DNA of 63,633 nucleotides, filler included, from Reticulomyxa filosa (GCA_000512085.1; 18 parts of 18 records of this genome joined end to end with filler, not necessarily neighbours in it); one strand, 5' to 3'; shown: positions 39,857 through 54,100, counted from the first letter of the whole stretch. Numbers and translations are program-made. The notes: generated from the sequence alone by a model not told the origin.

Positions 39857-40614
39857 GTTTCTTTCGTTTACTAATCAAAGTGATTGTTATAAATGTTCTG
39901 TTTGAAGTTTTTCCCCCACCAATTCAACCTTCACTTTTACAAAAAAAAAAAATTTGTTCTGTTTGTACTTGTTCAAGCTTTTGTAATTTTCAGTACCATT
40001 TGGCAACTTTTTGTTGTTAATGAGTATCATAGATCACTTGTTAGCCAGTTGCTATTGTACAAGCGTCAAAAATTAAACTCAAATCCCTGAAACAACACTC
40101 TCTTATTGTTGATTATCTTATAGAGGTGCAGGCAAAAAATTTATGTAAAGACAAAAGATAATGATAGCCGAAATATTTTCATTCTACTTGCTTTATATTG
40201 TCGAGAAAAGTTGTTACTTTTTTAAAGGGAGAAGGGAAAAATATGTTTACTGGCACTAGCCCAAGAAAATAAAACATTAATCGTGAAATTAATTTATTCC
40301 ACGAATGTCTGCTCAATCAAGAACAAGTTCAGCCAATATGAGGCCGGGTAGTTCAAAAGATTCTCTTTCATCTGGCCGTGAACATTCAAACTTGCTTCCG
40401 GAGACACTAAAGTACATTGAATCGGCTTCTCAATATAGATCAACGTCTGTGTCAGTTCAGTTTTCAACGTTGGAAGAGTAGAGTAAACATGCATTGCATA
40501 GGGAAGTCAGGAAAAAAAAAAAAGCGGAGAGCAGCATCGAAACAGTAATGCACTTCGAATTGCTTCTTTCCTCAATTAAAATACGTAACTTTTTGCGGAT
40601 GCAAACAAAAAAAA

Positions 40615-40650
<36 letters not shown>

Positions 40651-40750
40651 NNNNNNNNNNNNNNNNNNNNNNNNNNNNNNNNNNNNNNNNNNNNTTAATT
40701 AATTAANNNNNNNNNNNNNNNNNNNNNNNNNNNNNNNNNNNNNNNNNNNN

Positions 40751-42021
40751 TCATCACCATGTCCTGATATTATTATTATCAATGCATCATACTGCTTTTT
40801 GTTTTTGTGAAGTTTATGACTGGCTATCAAATCTGTCAAAAATTCATTGATGTCATCTTTGTTCATCTTGGGTTCTTTATTGCATACAAATTCATAATTT
40901 AATTCTTGTTCAAATATATACTTGAAATTATTAATATCAATGTCTTTGGCATTTTCAAGATTGGGCCATTTCTTGTTATCTTCATATTCACTGATGGCAA
41001 TCATTATCACCAATGCATTCTTTATTACTTTTGCTTTTCCAATAATTAATGATTGTTGCAATGGAGTCCAAAGTATTTTAAATATAGGTTCATTACGTTC
41101 AAATTCTTTCTTCACAAATTCATCTGATTCAATAATATTATCATTCATATCAACCAATTGTATTTTTAAATATTCATTACTCATTTTTTGAAAATGTTTC
41201 AATTCCAAACAATAATGACTTTGACGGAGAAGTTCTTCAAATGTCAATACTTTCATTTTTATTAATTTTTTAATTTCATCGATTATCACATAAGCTTTTA
41301 ACTATATTATATTTTGTTTCATAAAGTCAAATCAAAAATAAGGTTTACACATTATTAATTAACTTCCTCTTCTTTGTTGTCTTGATTGGTCTATTTATTA
41401 AATAACACAAATACAAATATCGACATGCATTATTATAATTAAGTCAAAAGAAAAACTAACAAAGGCAAAAAAAGTCTCAATAGAAAAATAAATAAAAATG
41501 ATATCATCTTTTGTTATTTCATATTTCCATTTACATTCATTCAATAACCATAGTTTAAATTGTTCATTTGACATTGTTTTAAATTTTTCAATTATTTCTG
41601 TTTTATCTGTTTGTTCTCTTTGATTCCACCATTTCATCCATTTTTTGTTTTTTTCCTATTTTTATTTTTTTTATTTTTATTTTTGTTTAACGCATAATAT
41701 AAGTATATTTTATAACAATGATTTCATTTTCGTTTTGTCCTTTTTCGTCCATTTTATTTGCGTTCTATTTCAAAAAAAAGAAAAAATTTACATTTATTAA
41801 TTTGTTATCTTCATTTTTCAATTATAAATCAATGCTCAACATCGTTATCTTTTTTCACTTTGTTTACTATTGTTTCCATTTCATTTTTCTTCTTTTCTTT
41901 TTCGATTCCTTTTTTCATTTCTTCTTCACTCAACCATTCACGAACTTCAGTTTTCGTGTGTGTTGACATAAGCTGCTTTCCATCAAATCCTCCAATAATA
42001 TGCACATACGTGTTGTCTTCA
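40751..42021 (-). CDS. Kelch-type blade / helical domain / PB1-like / caspase-like protein (both ends truncated)
   Basis: Spliced EDNTYVHIIGGFDGKQLMSTHTKTEVREW...DND|NANK...EII|EKTKKWMKWW..., then LTFEELLRQ...IIIISGHGD. Clear paralog of 24599-25530. Confidence 0.8.
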
Positions 42022-42121
42022 NNNNNNNNNNNNNNNNNNNNNNNNNNNNNNNNNNNNNNNNNNNNTTAATTAATTAANNNNNNNNNNNNNNNNNNNNNNN
42101 NNNNNNNNNNNNNNNNNNNNN

Positions 42122-42161
<40 letters not shown>

Positions 42162-42249
42162 TTCCAAAAAGAAAATTCTTACATTTTTTTAACTTAAAAA
42201 AAAAAAAAAAAAAAAAAAACCCTTTTTTTTTTTTCCCACCCTTCCTCCC

Positions 42250-42767
42250 CCCCATACACGTACTTGTATGCAAAGGAGTTGTGTCGGCTTGCCCACGTCC
42301 CATAATCGAACAGTCTTGTCATTACCTCCAGATAGCAGATGCGTGTGACGGTCTCCTCGCCACTTGACTTCTCGGACATCTCCTCGGTGCCCTCGCAAGG
42401 CTCGCAATGCGTCCAACCCAGCTGATTTCGTATTGTTGTACAAACGCAACAGTCCACTCTTCCCTCCGACTGCTATGATCCCGTTATCATTGCGGATGTC
42501 ACTCACTATTGGAGGGTTCTTAAACGCCAGTCGCTTTCGGGTCGAAAAGTCTTCCCCGCTGAATACGCGCACATCCAAACTACTGCACGTCGAACAGTCG
42601 TAAGGCCTGCCTTGGCAAAATCTCACAAACGGCACGGTTGTGTGCAGTTTGTCTGTTGACCGCACCTTATATGCATCCCAATATTGATTCTCTGGGGTTA
42701 CTAACTTTACACTTTGAGGATAGCTTATCCTCTCTAAATATATATTTTTGGATTTTACTGTGCTCAT
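42250..42767 (-). CDS. UTP15: U3 snoRNA-associated WD40 protein UTP15-like, N-terminal part
   Basis: TPENQYWDAYK, IRNDNGIIAVGGKSG, LRALRGH and LLSGGNDKTVRLWD. Confidence 0.7.
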
Positions 42768-45137
42768 GTTTTGACGGAAAATTATGACAAGGGGCTTTTT
42801 TTTGAATTTTTTATTTCAAAAGATTAAAAAAATACGGTGTTATTGGCATGAAACAAACCAACACATTCACACTTCAACAGTCTGTTTTGATACTGTGTTA
42901 GGTTTTTAAACAAATACATTGATATACATTTAATATGGAAATAATTTTTTACTCTTCTTGAACTTGTCAGTGTATAATTACACTTGATTCATTGTTCATT
43001 GTTTTGCTTGGTGCAATTAACTAAAAACAAAACGCGATAACCATTATTCTCTTTTTTTTACTTCGCAGTCGCACAAATATTCTTTCTTCAGTACAAAAAA
43101 GTACATGGCAATGTTATCATGATAAACTCAACAGCAAATAAACACAAATTGCAAAAAAAAAAAAAACTTCTTAAAAATTCCAAAAAAAAAAATGAAACAA
43201 AATAAAATTACAAAACTAAAAATAAAATAATAAAAATGTTTGCATGACGAAAGAGAAAAATTTTGAACTTTTTTTAAATGTTAAAACGATAGACTGTAAA
43301 AAAAAATTAATTTTTTTCTTTAACATAAAGTGCGGCTTTATNNNNNNNNNNNNNNNNNNNNNNNNNNNNNNNNNNNNNNNNNNNNTTAATTAATTAANNN
43401 NNNNNNNNNNNNNNNNNNNNNNNNNNNNNNNNNNNNNNNNNTGTAATATCAAGTAGAAATTGCACGTGCAGCTGCAAGAAGTCTGCTGTTTAAAGCCTTG
43501 TACAACTTTGTCCCGTCTATTGGTATTTATCTGCTGTTGGAATACGCATCCAAAGACTAGATACAGTACGGCGACAAAACTGACTATTCCTTTCAAGAAG
43601 GCGACTATCCAACTGCTAATGACAAACACAATGAGTGTCGTTTTGCACTTGCGATCGTATACAGTGCCAAGGACAATATCGACCACGTCTTGTTTGGTCT
43701 CTTTTGATGTTTATCCAATTTTTGCTTTTTTATCGAGTCAGGTCAAGAATGGAGAAATAAATTTTAAATACGTCTCATTGTTCAATTTTTTTTAGAAGTC
43801 TCCACAAGTGTAGTTTTTAAATATTGTTTGGTTTTTTATTCTTTCGAAATTTTTTCCAAAATTTGGATTTTTCGCTTACTTTTTTGGAAAAGATTAGCAA
43901 TACTTTTTTTTGGTATTTGTGAAATTTCCATTATTTTTTGTCATATTTCAGAAAATAAAATTTTAATTGCGTTACTTTTTTATGTGTCGAACAATTGCGT
44001 TGTCAGTGTGAATTTTTTTTATCGCTGCATATAAAATGCACTGCGATGATTGTTTGCAAAACAAAAAAAAACACAGATATTACCCAAAAGTTACAGAAAA
44101 TGCAAATAAAGTCTAATTTTTATACACCCAACACACCATCTGATAGTGACTGAAAAGGTAATGACAATAAGAAGGGTCAAAAATGCGACTGCAGCTGAAT
44201 ACTATCTGTAATCGTATTCATCACTAAACTCAGCAAAAGGAAATAATAATATAAAGACTTTGTATTCAAGAAAATATATGGCAAAAATGAATCTTTGTAT
44301 GATCTCATTTAAGTCTTCCTGATCATCAATTTGGAGGTAATAATGCTTAGCGTTAAATTGTCATCTCTATGTTGCACAGCAACTCATAAAGAGGATATTA
44401 TATTTAATCAAATACAAAGGTCGATTTCGACGTATGCAATCAACGATCCCATTATACAAAAGTATTAAATTGGTAATAACGAGGGTCAATGTGAGAATCA
44501 AAAATGTAAGTAAGTTACTACATTTTCATGTGGAAATTGCAAGAGCAGCTGCAGGTAATATGTTGGTTGAAGCCATACGTCGGCACTTGAGTCGATCGTC
44601 TCATGTTTGATGTTTGCATTAGGTATCGACGTTTTTATTCAAGTTAATGTGTACCTTGTGTTGTACATTCGGAAGTACTCCAATTGCAAATGACTGATTC
44701 GAACGAGTAGATTGTAATTCCAAATCGCTCGGGTAAAAATTGTTCTAATTTTTATTGATATTATAATATGACATACTTATTGTTATCATTGTCATTGCTG
44801 TTATGATTAATTAAACGATTCGACTGACCATATTCTTCTTGTTCTATTCCAATGTATTCCTCTTCCGATTGTGCAATTCCTCTTTCTCTGGTTCAAATTT
44901 CACCTCAATGTTGCCTGCCCGTGGATATTCCTCGTTTGCGTGCATCATCGTTTTCACATATGTCGGCACTTCTGTCGCTGTTGAGTTTTTTAAATACCCT
45001 CTAATTAATATAAGGAAAACACATTATGTGGCTCATTNNNNNNNNNNNNNNNNNNNNNNNNNNNNNNNNNNNNNNNNNNNNTTAATTAATTAANNNNNNN
45101 NNNNNNNNNNNNNNNNNNNNNNNNNNNNNNNNNNNNN

Positions 45138-45180
<43 letters not shown>

Positions 45181-45760
45181 CATACGCTTTGACTTGGTCA
45201 GCAAAGACGTCCAAAAAAGCACGCAATCGAACTCGAAAGTTGAAAAAGTCGGTTCGAAAGTACCAATGATTTTGTTTCGAAACTCTCACCATTGCATTGA
45301 CAATTGCAAATGCAGTCGCGTCGTCGACGTGACGAATCATGCTCTCCACGACAAAAGGGATCTGTGGGCAAAATCGTAATGAGTCGTGCTCGACTGCCAA
45401 CACAACCAATATCTTACGAGCACTATACTTTTTTCCTGGGGCCAATGTTTTGAACCGACATCTGCTCCCAAACATTGGAAATTGCGGGAAATTGTGCATT
45501 TCTATCCCCTCAAATAATGTCTTACTCAATTCTTCATAGCTGCGCATATCTCTTTCACTGGCATTGGTTGCCTTTATCCAAAGCAAGCCTCGTTGCTCTT
45601 CTGTACAACCATCTCTTGCCATTCTTCGAAGTAACCTATATTCACTCTTGTTTCGTGTGCTGCGGTCGTGTTTGAGCCAGATCGCATCACTGTCCACGTC
45701 AGAGAGCTTTGTTCCAGGGCTCACTGAGGTGCTGCTAATAGAGCTTATGTTCATACCCAT
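45138..45760 (-). CDS. TBC-domain protein, TBC1D24-like, N-terminal part
   Basis: LRRMARDGCTEEQRGLLW, FPQFPMFG and LRFCPQIPFV. Confidence 0.78.
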
Positions 45761-46322
45761 CTTAACAAAAAATACTAATAAATCTTTAGAGGTAAAAAAA
45801 AAAACAAATGTAGAAAAATTGAATTTGCAGTATACACGCTACGTTTGTTGTAAGGGAGGCGTTTTTTTAAAATTTAGTGAGAAACAAAAAAAGACAAGTG
45901 AGTGATTCTCCGATAAGGACGTGCATTAGTATCAGATAATATATTGATTAAGCTGGGCAACAAAAAAAATAGATAGTCAGGAAAACAGCCTAAAAAGATT
46001 TGTGGAATAGTTTGTAACACAAGCTTTTCAAGGCCTTATGACAGTGGGAACTATTTTGGAACATCTAATATCAATATTGTGAATTTTAGTTATATTAAAC
46101 TACTTAGCAATTCCACATCCAAACATCTGTCATTCCAAATCTTTTAAAAAAATAAAAATAAGAAACCATTTCTGCTAATTTGATAGTATCTCTTATTAGT
46201 TTTATACACAATTTTCTTTTGCAGATTTGCAAAAAAAGAACTACACTGTGAAGATTGCAGAACGACTCAAAAAGAAAAAAAAAAAAGAGAAGCGTTTGAT
46301 CAATAGGAAAAGTGATAATGCA

Positions 46323-46531
46323 CTATTCGACGCACCATACCTCCAAATTTCGTATCTGAAATTCTCCGTCGGGATTCTGCACCAAGCGTGGACACCTGAG
46401 TGCAAGACACTGATTTGCGATGCCATGATTTAAACTTTTATCTACATAAATGGCGTATGTTTCCCTATGCACGAACGAACAACAAGAGGTGTGTTTACTG
46501 TAATGAAAGCAAAACAAAAAAATGTAGTGTA

Positions 46532-46562
<31 letters not shown>

Positions 46563-46750
46563 TGTGTAACGAACCCATCGCCAATGGCCATAAAATCTTT
46601 GGTGACATCAATGCAAGCATTAGCATGATCTCGCTGTTGCAAACGAGAAGACGCTCTAGTATCTTTTTTTTGAGGCAGTATCGACTGTTCTTCAGGTACT
46701 TTTTTCTCCGTTGTCGACACCTGTGTCATTTGTTGTTGTTGTTGTTGTTG
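46323..46750 (-). CDS. TLDc-domain C-terminus of an upstream gene
   Basis: FMAIGDG | ...IYVDKSLNHG...EFQIRNLEVW matches the end of the TLDc domain. Confidence 0.72.
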
Positions 46751-46899
46751 NNNNNNNNNNNNNNNNNNNNNNNNNNNNNNNNNNNNNNNNNNNNTTAATT
46801 AATTAANNNNNNNNNNNNNNNNNNNNNNNNNNNNNNNNNNNNNNNNNNNNTTTCACTTTTCGCAAAATGTATTTCACTGGAAAAAAAAAAAAAAAAAAA

Positions 46900-48070
46900 G
46901 TATCATTACATGGCCATACTCCCCCCGTTTCATTTGAACTTCCAAAAAAGCTTGACACTCGTCAAAATCATCTTCAAAGTCAAGCAAGTCCGTTGTAATT
47001 TCTGTTTGTTTATTTAGTTATTTATTTGTATTGAGCAAATGACAAACCCATTGAAACAAATGAAATCACACACACACACATAAAATAGTAACTTGAAATG
47101 ACTGCTATTTTTTCATGACTTAGTTGGACAACGATTTCTCCAACCATCGATGCAGCTGCTCAAACAAAAAGCGCATATGAAAAAAAAAAAAAAAGTACTA
47201 TAAACAAGAGAGAAAAAGAGTGCTATGATGAGGCTTTGTCTTTCTCTTAGTTGCTTTTTTTTTTTTTTTTTTTTTTAAGCAAAAACGTACCTTTCCCTAT
47301 TCCACAGACGACACACTTCTCCTCCAAACGCAAAATACGACGCGCGCGGACAAGATATGGTCGCAGTGCTCTCTTCGAGTAATCACCGGTGACAGCGATA
47401 TGAATTCGGTTGCTACGCGGCGCTTGGGTCAGCACAGGCACACGACAATATCCTGGGTGCTCATTGTCGGGCTGAGCGATCTGCATCGTGGACATTGCAT
47501 CGCGAGTGTTTGATTGACGGCGTTGGCAAGGATGATGTTTTCTTTGAATGCTATGGCCGCGCCATGCATTATCATTGTCATTGACTTTGTTGCGATTTAC
47601 ACGTATATTCAAATGTGCTACTGCCTGCTGCTGCTGCTGCTGTTGATAGACCAAAGAGGTATTCGTTACATTCAACGGACTAATGTACACATGAGGACTC
47701 AAAGTAGATGACCCCAGCCGATTTAATGTAGACTCAGTGCCGTTGTGACTTATTTGCAACAGCAGCGTTGTTGTCTTGTCATTGGCTCTTGCAAGATGGC
47801 CACTAGCATTAGACACGGTACTGCGCCCATGTCCATTGCGATTGCCATTGCGATTGCTGATTCCACTATGACTTCCAATGCTCCCTTGCAACACGCTCCC
47901 GTCGTTGCTGGCCGACGTGGGAAGTCCTCTCATCCCTGATGCGTCGAGTGACATGGTCAATCCACTCATCATTTTGCCCACGCCACTTCGGAGGTTGTTA
48001 CTCCACGTAGGGTCGTCGAGCGAACACGATACATTGGAAAATGGAATCGATTGTGTGGAGGAGACTTGAA
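46900..48070 (-). CDS. Alba-like nucleic-acid-binding domain after a low-complexity region
   Basis: RIHIAV...LRPYLVRARRILRLEEKCVVCGIG|AAASMVGEIVVQLSHEK fits the Alba pattern (YVxxA...GxGxA...xAE). Confidence 0.55.
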
Positions 48071-48092
48071 CTGCTATTTAATATTTTGTACA

Positions 48093-48134
<42 letters not shown>

Positions 48135-48278
48135 NNNNNNNNNNNNNNNNNNNNNNNNNNNNNNNNNNNNNNNNNNNNTTAATTAATTAANNNNNNNNNN
48201 NNNNNNNNNNNNNNNNNNNNNNNNNNNNNNNNNNGCAGTGTTATAACATATTTCTTTGGTGGTTTGATTTTGGCTGTG

Positions 48279-50849
48279 GAATGTAGTTTTGAGAAGTTGT
48301 CAGGCGAATTGAAGTTGTGCCAAAATAAATTGAAAGAAATGCAGCAAATTGACAAACTTTTGTCAGAAGATTTGCAACAAGTGCAAGGAACCATTGCCAG
48401 TGCCGTTTCAGAACTTCAAAACGCCAATGGCTTGAGTATGGAAGTGTCTCATTCTCCTACAGTTCTTCTTCTTCTTCTTACTATTATTATTATTAATTTT
48501 TTTTTTTTTTTAAAGGAAAAGTTAAAAGTGAATTGCAAATTGGAGTTTTTTTTTTTTTTTAAAAAAAAAAAAAGAGGTTTGATCAATCAAATGAACAACA
48601 TTTGACAACATTATTGCCAAGACTCCGAACAATTGACGGCGAAGTGTTTAATGTGTTGACCCATTTTCAAGAAGCACAAATGGCAATGCGTAATCTATTT
48701 GCAGACGGTGTGTCGATGGTTGCAGAGTTGCAAAAATCTTTAATGGATGAAAACAACAAGCTGGCTGCTTTGTCAGAGTCGTTATCCAGAAAACAAGAAG
48801 TTTTTGGGAACCCTCCAGACTCCCTTTTTCTAAATATAAAAAATTGATCCAACATTGAAATACTCACATTGATGTATATGTTATATATGCATATACATAT
48901 ACATATATATATATACATATATATGTATATGACAGTTGTTTGACCAATTAGTGAAAGTGAAAAAACTTCCCCAATCGTATGTTGGCTGTTTGGAGGAAGT
49001 AGTACGTCGTCGTGCGTTTGGCCAGGTAATGAGCAAGGAATTGTCTCATTGGAATGAGATCTTTAACCAATATCGAGAGAAGGAAACCATTCGACGGATC
49101 GAATTCTTGCACGAGCACGGATGGAATCTACCGAGTGATCTGGTTGCCGGATTGAGTAACAAGCCCGGCGTTTGTGAGCTGCGGTATCAACACTTGGAAG
49201 ACGGTTTGCCGCTAATCGAATCCTTCCAAAAAGCCGCCAATTCCAACGAGATTGTCACACAAGTCGATATCGAAAAACAGCTTCAACAGTCGCTTGTTCA
49301 AACACTGTTGCCGCCAGTGGATAATAAATCGGATTTAAGTGTGGAGCTAAAAAGTTACTTTTTTTTTTTTTTTTTGGATACATACTTTTGTGGCTCTAAA
49401 TTTTTTAAATTATCATTGTCCCTCTTTTTTTTTTTTTTTTTGAACTCTGGACAAAGACACCCAAAAATTGTTGAAAGAAAAAGCACTCGCATTGACACGA
49501 CAAAAAGAAGAGTTTGAAAACGAGCTGAAGAAATGGCAGATACAAAATAGCGAATTGAAAAAAGAAAGAAATAGCTTGAAATACGAGTTGGAAAGCTATC
49601 AATTGCCAGTGATTGAAAAAAGTCGCTCTGGAAACAACGTTGAAGACTCACTCAATTTGTTGGAGGCACAATTGTCCAAAATGTTTGGGAACATTCAAGA
49701 TCCTATGGTCTTAAGTCGAGTGAATCAATATTTTACTCGGGCTCTCAACGAAAATAATAACAATAACAATAACAACAATATCAATAGTAACAGTAATAAT
49801 AACAACGGTGTCAGCAATGGCAACAATCATAAAAATAAGGACCAAGAAATTCAGGTCAACTTGGCAAATGAAATTATGGCCGCTGAGATGGACTCTGTCA
49901 AAGCAGAGGCACTGAAATTAAAAACTCAAAACGATTTGCTATCCGATCGTGTTCGTAAATTGAATTATGAAAATGAAGCTTTGCGTGAGGAACGTAAAAA
50001 TTTGCATAACAACATGGGCACGCTAAGAGACCAATTACGTGATCTCACACTCAATCTGGAAACCCTTCGAGCAGAGGACCAACAAAAATTAAACGCTTGG
50101 ATGAAGCTGAACCAAAACTTGTGCATCTCAATGAAATGCAAGAAGCGCTATTTGATCTCAAACATAAATATACGACATTGACACAAGAATCCGAAGCCGA
50201 AAATAGAAGATTATTGCTGACGATCAAAGAATTAACCGAGGAGCTCGAAAAAAGTCAAAAAGATTCAGTTTAGGCTTCACTTGTTGTTATTACTACTTTA
50301 AAAAAAAAATAAAAATCTCTATGTTTGCTATGTTACATACTTTTTGATTCAAAAAGATCACAAATGGTGGAAATGTAAAAGAAGAGAAAGACATGGAAAA
50401 AGGCATTACAAATTTCAAGGGCTTTCGCATTTGTATTGACGAAAATTTTAATACGGGTGACCTTCTTTTGTTCAAAAGAATTGCCAAAAGAGCAGCTGTT
50501 GATCATTCCAAAGAAAAAGAAAGTAGAAATCCATCCATGACTATTTATATGGCTTTTATATCCGATAGCAATTCTCCTTGTTTTTTGGAAGGAGAATTTG
50601 TAAGCGAAATGAAAAACACCCCCGAATGGATTGTTGGTAAAGTCGCACGCAAGAAGGATACTTCATTGAAAGTTAAGTACAATATCTCCTTTATTCAAAA
50701 CAAATAATATCAGCATCAATAAATATAAACTAAAAGGTTTCAGCGTTCGGTTTGCTTAAAGATGACCATATTATATTAGTTTCAGTGACAGATTGGCAAC
50801 AAGTGTTCTTTGATGACACAATCATTCGTGAAGCACTACTTAATAGTTG
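48279..50849 (+). CDS. ATG11: ATG11/RB1CC1(FIP200)-like autophagy scaffold, C-terminal part
   Basis: LPQSYVGCLEEVVRRRAF, coiled coil, and claw-like FNTGDLLLFK...YMAF...PEWIVGKV...RFGL. Confidence 0.82.
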
Positions 50850-51142
50850 AACGGATCTTAACACTTCTCTTTTGATACGAGTGAGCAAAAAAACTGTGAG
50901 TTTCTCATGTTCGTCAATACTTTTATAACAAAAGATCAAAGTTTAAATGTTTTTGTTAAACACATTTTTCACTGAAAAAGAAAATGCTACGAAGAGAAGA
51001 ACTACCTTTGTGTGGTTGAATCAAATATCATTAATAAGAAAAAGGAAAGAGTAAATTGATAATGTGTTCTAACAATGCAACACAAATCCTGCAAAGTTGT
51101 TAAAAAAAGATGAAGGTCAAACACCTGTACTTATTATCCTAA

Positions 51143-54100
51143 TTATGTGTTTACCGTAAGACCTCGATTTTTCAAATGTTCACCAAGCTTTTGGAACGGT
51201 TTTGAACGTGAGGAATCACCATCTTTTTCGCTACTATTACCCGAATCCTTCTCTTTTTCTTCGTCTTCTACATCCGGAATGTCTGCTGGAATAGAGTCGA
51301 TGAAAATGTCTATGGGCGATCTCTTGTCTTTGTTTTTGGCATTGAATGGTGAATGCTTCCAAAATACGCCACAAACTAATTTGATGCAGAACAGACACAA
51401 TTGCTTATTTTTTTTTTGTGGAAAAAAAATGAATAAATAAATAAAACCTGCTGCGACAAATGTCCACCGCAATGGAATAAAGTATAAGCAAAGCCCAACA
51501 ATACAACTAGCAACACAGACAATTTTAGATTGCTCTTGGATATTCCATTTGTAAATACTTCGCATTTTTCCCAATTTGATTTTAGCATCCCCTAGCCTAG
51601 TTTGGATTTCACTCAATTTAATTTTGGTTTGTGTGTAGCCAGCTTTCAATTTATGAAATTTAGCAAATATCCCACTACTTTCTCCACTGTCTTTGTCGAC
51701 GTCATTAGAATTGTTTAGTTGTTTTTCCATTGCCTCTTTAATGGAAGGATCAGCAAAGTATTTCTTTTGATGATAGGCTTGTCGCCGAAGTTTTTCTTGT
51801 TTCTGTTTCAATTGCAGCTGTTCGTACCCTGCATAACGAAGCATACTTTCAAACGTCTCATTGACTTTTTCTCTGTCAGTTTTCAGTGCCACCATGAACA
51901 ATGAGTTCAAGATCAGCAAAAACCCAGGAATATTCCCGACCCAATCCATATACGCTACGAACATCAGTCCCTTATTTTTTTTTAAAAAATACATTTAAAA
52001 TTAGTTGTTCTTTTTTGGGTGAAAAGAAAAGACAAAAAGAAAAAGGAATAAAAACAAAACAGCGACAACAGCAAACGTCAAGCCAGGATTAAACCAAAAA
52101 ATCAAACAGCTGAGCAAGTCGATACATTTTTCAAAAGGCTCAATTTCAACACCAATGGCTTTGACATGTTGAACAAAGGTTTTCGGTTCAAACTCTTCCA
52201 TGGCTTCAAATTTTTTCTGTTGTCGACTAGATAGTTTCAACCCGCGATATGTTTCTGCAGTAATTTCCATGCCCGAACTAAGTAAATCACTGCCGTAATA
52301 TTTGGTTTCTTCATTGTCGGACGCGAACATGCCCGTGACACTAGAGAACCAACCACGTTCAAACGAGTCCAATTGTTCGCTGATTTTGCGAATGTGGTCA
52401 CTTTGATCGGACGACGTGGAGTACCTCCAAAACGCGACCGACTCATACACCTCCGAAGTCGAGTTGGAGGCAGAGGCTGAGTCATTCGATGACTTGGATT
52501 TGGAGTCCATAATGTCGACAAACATTTGGTGCAAGGTGATATCTCTCAATATGTCATCTCCGGACTCTTTCAGCAAAAAGTGTCGCAGTTTCTCATTGTC
52601 TTTGATCTCGTTCACAGCTTTCACTGTTTTGCGCATTGTCTTTATCGCCCAATACAAGCGGTCTCTCGTGTCTGATCCCGACAACACGTCCCACAGTTGA
52701 TCTTCGTCGTTATGATGGATACGCTACGTATTTATTTCCACACACACACACACACCTCTTGTTTTTCTTTTTCCTCTCAGTGGATCATTTACAAAGAGTA
52801 GCATTGCGTACATTATTTGTCGCGCATGTGCATGAGACAAAGATTGAAAACAACAACAACAACAACAATAAAAATACGAAACGATAGTGGCATCTCTTTG
52901 AATGAATCCTTTGGACTTGCAACACTCAATAGCAGCAATATCTTCTAATTTGCACGCAAATGTTTTTGTCATCACACTTCTTCCATGGAACACTGCTTGT
53001 CGATCCGTCAAAGCTACAAATCCAGGTTTTGGCAAAACTGCGGACACATCTGCCACACTTTGGTTTTTTTTTTTTTTTGAAAAAAGAAAAAGTTGAAGTC
53101 ATCCCATTTTGTCAAAAGTAATGTACAAACATCCCAAAAAATTTGTGTATTCTCCCTTTTTTTTTTTAAAAAAAATTTTTTTTATTTTATTTTGTGATGT
53201 GTTTTTTTTTTTAGTTTGTATTAACCCCTTTTGGAACAACAGCAATCTCTCATGTGAAGTGATGGTATTGTTGCCGACAGCGGACCTCACGTTGGTTCCT
53301 TCTTTGGATTCCAAATCAAAGCATTCTTTCAATTTGGTGACATATTGCAGAAATATGTTCATTGTGACGAACCCGTAACCATGTCCTCCTCAGTTCCGGC
53401 GGTCATTTTGGTCAGACTCGAATTCGAATTCGAATTCGAATTGGAGTGGTTATTGCCGCCATTTGCGAACGTGTGGGTAGTTGCTGTCGATCCCGCAGCC
53501 GATGTCGGTGTTACAGTCGTACGCACAAGTGGTGACGCGTTGTTGCTTTTGGAAGCGTCGCCTGCTTCATTGTCTTTACTGCTGATGCCTTTGAATCGCT
53601 CCGTAAGCGACTTGCGCTGTTTCTCTTTGTCTTTTTCTTTGTCTTTGTCTTTGTCCTTTTCTTTTTCGGAGTGTGTCACAGCATCCGACAAATGCGTTTC
53701 TCCTCCTTTCTCTGTCAGCAATTCATGAGCCGCCATTTTGTTTCCTGCTGCTCCATTATGGTCTTGTCGCTTTGATAACTTTTTCAACATTATGAACACC
53801 CTTTTTGTCATCACATCATTCCAAATCTCAAAGTTTTAGTCACCCAATCAAAAAATAAAAAATAAAAAATAAAAAAAAAGACAACAAATCTTATCACCCA
53901 ATCAAAAAATAAAAATAATGATTTTTTTTTCAAAAAAAAAAAAAAAAAACCAACACCTTTTAACATTCGTGACTGTAGCCAAAGGTTCCATTTTCGGTGC
54001 CCAGTTCTTAAAGGCAGGATACAAAATGTTCGAATTAAACACATTGCCATCTTCTTTGTCAGAGCCCTCTTTATCCGAGTGGCTTATCAAAATTGAAAAT

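Noticed and set aside
4835-50090. Programmed ribosomal frameshifting (shifts near 4840, 4862, 14460, 23521 and 50085)
   Set aside because: All fall in A homopolymers, shift in different directions and affect housekeeping genes. This is typical of homopolymer sequencing error.
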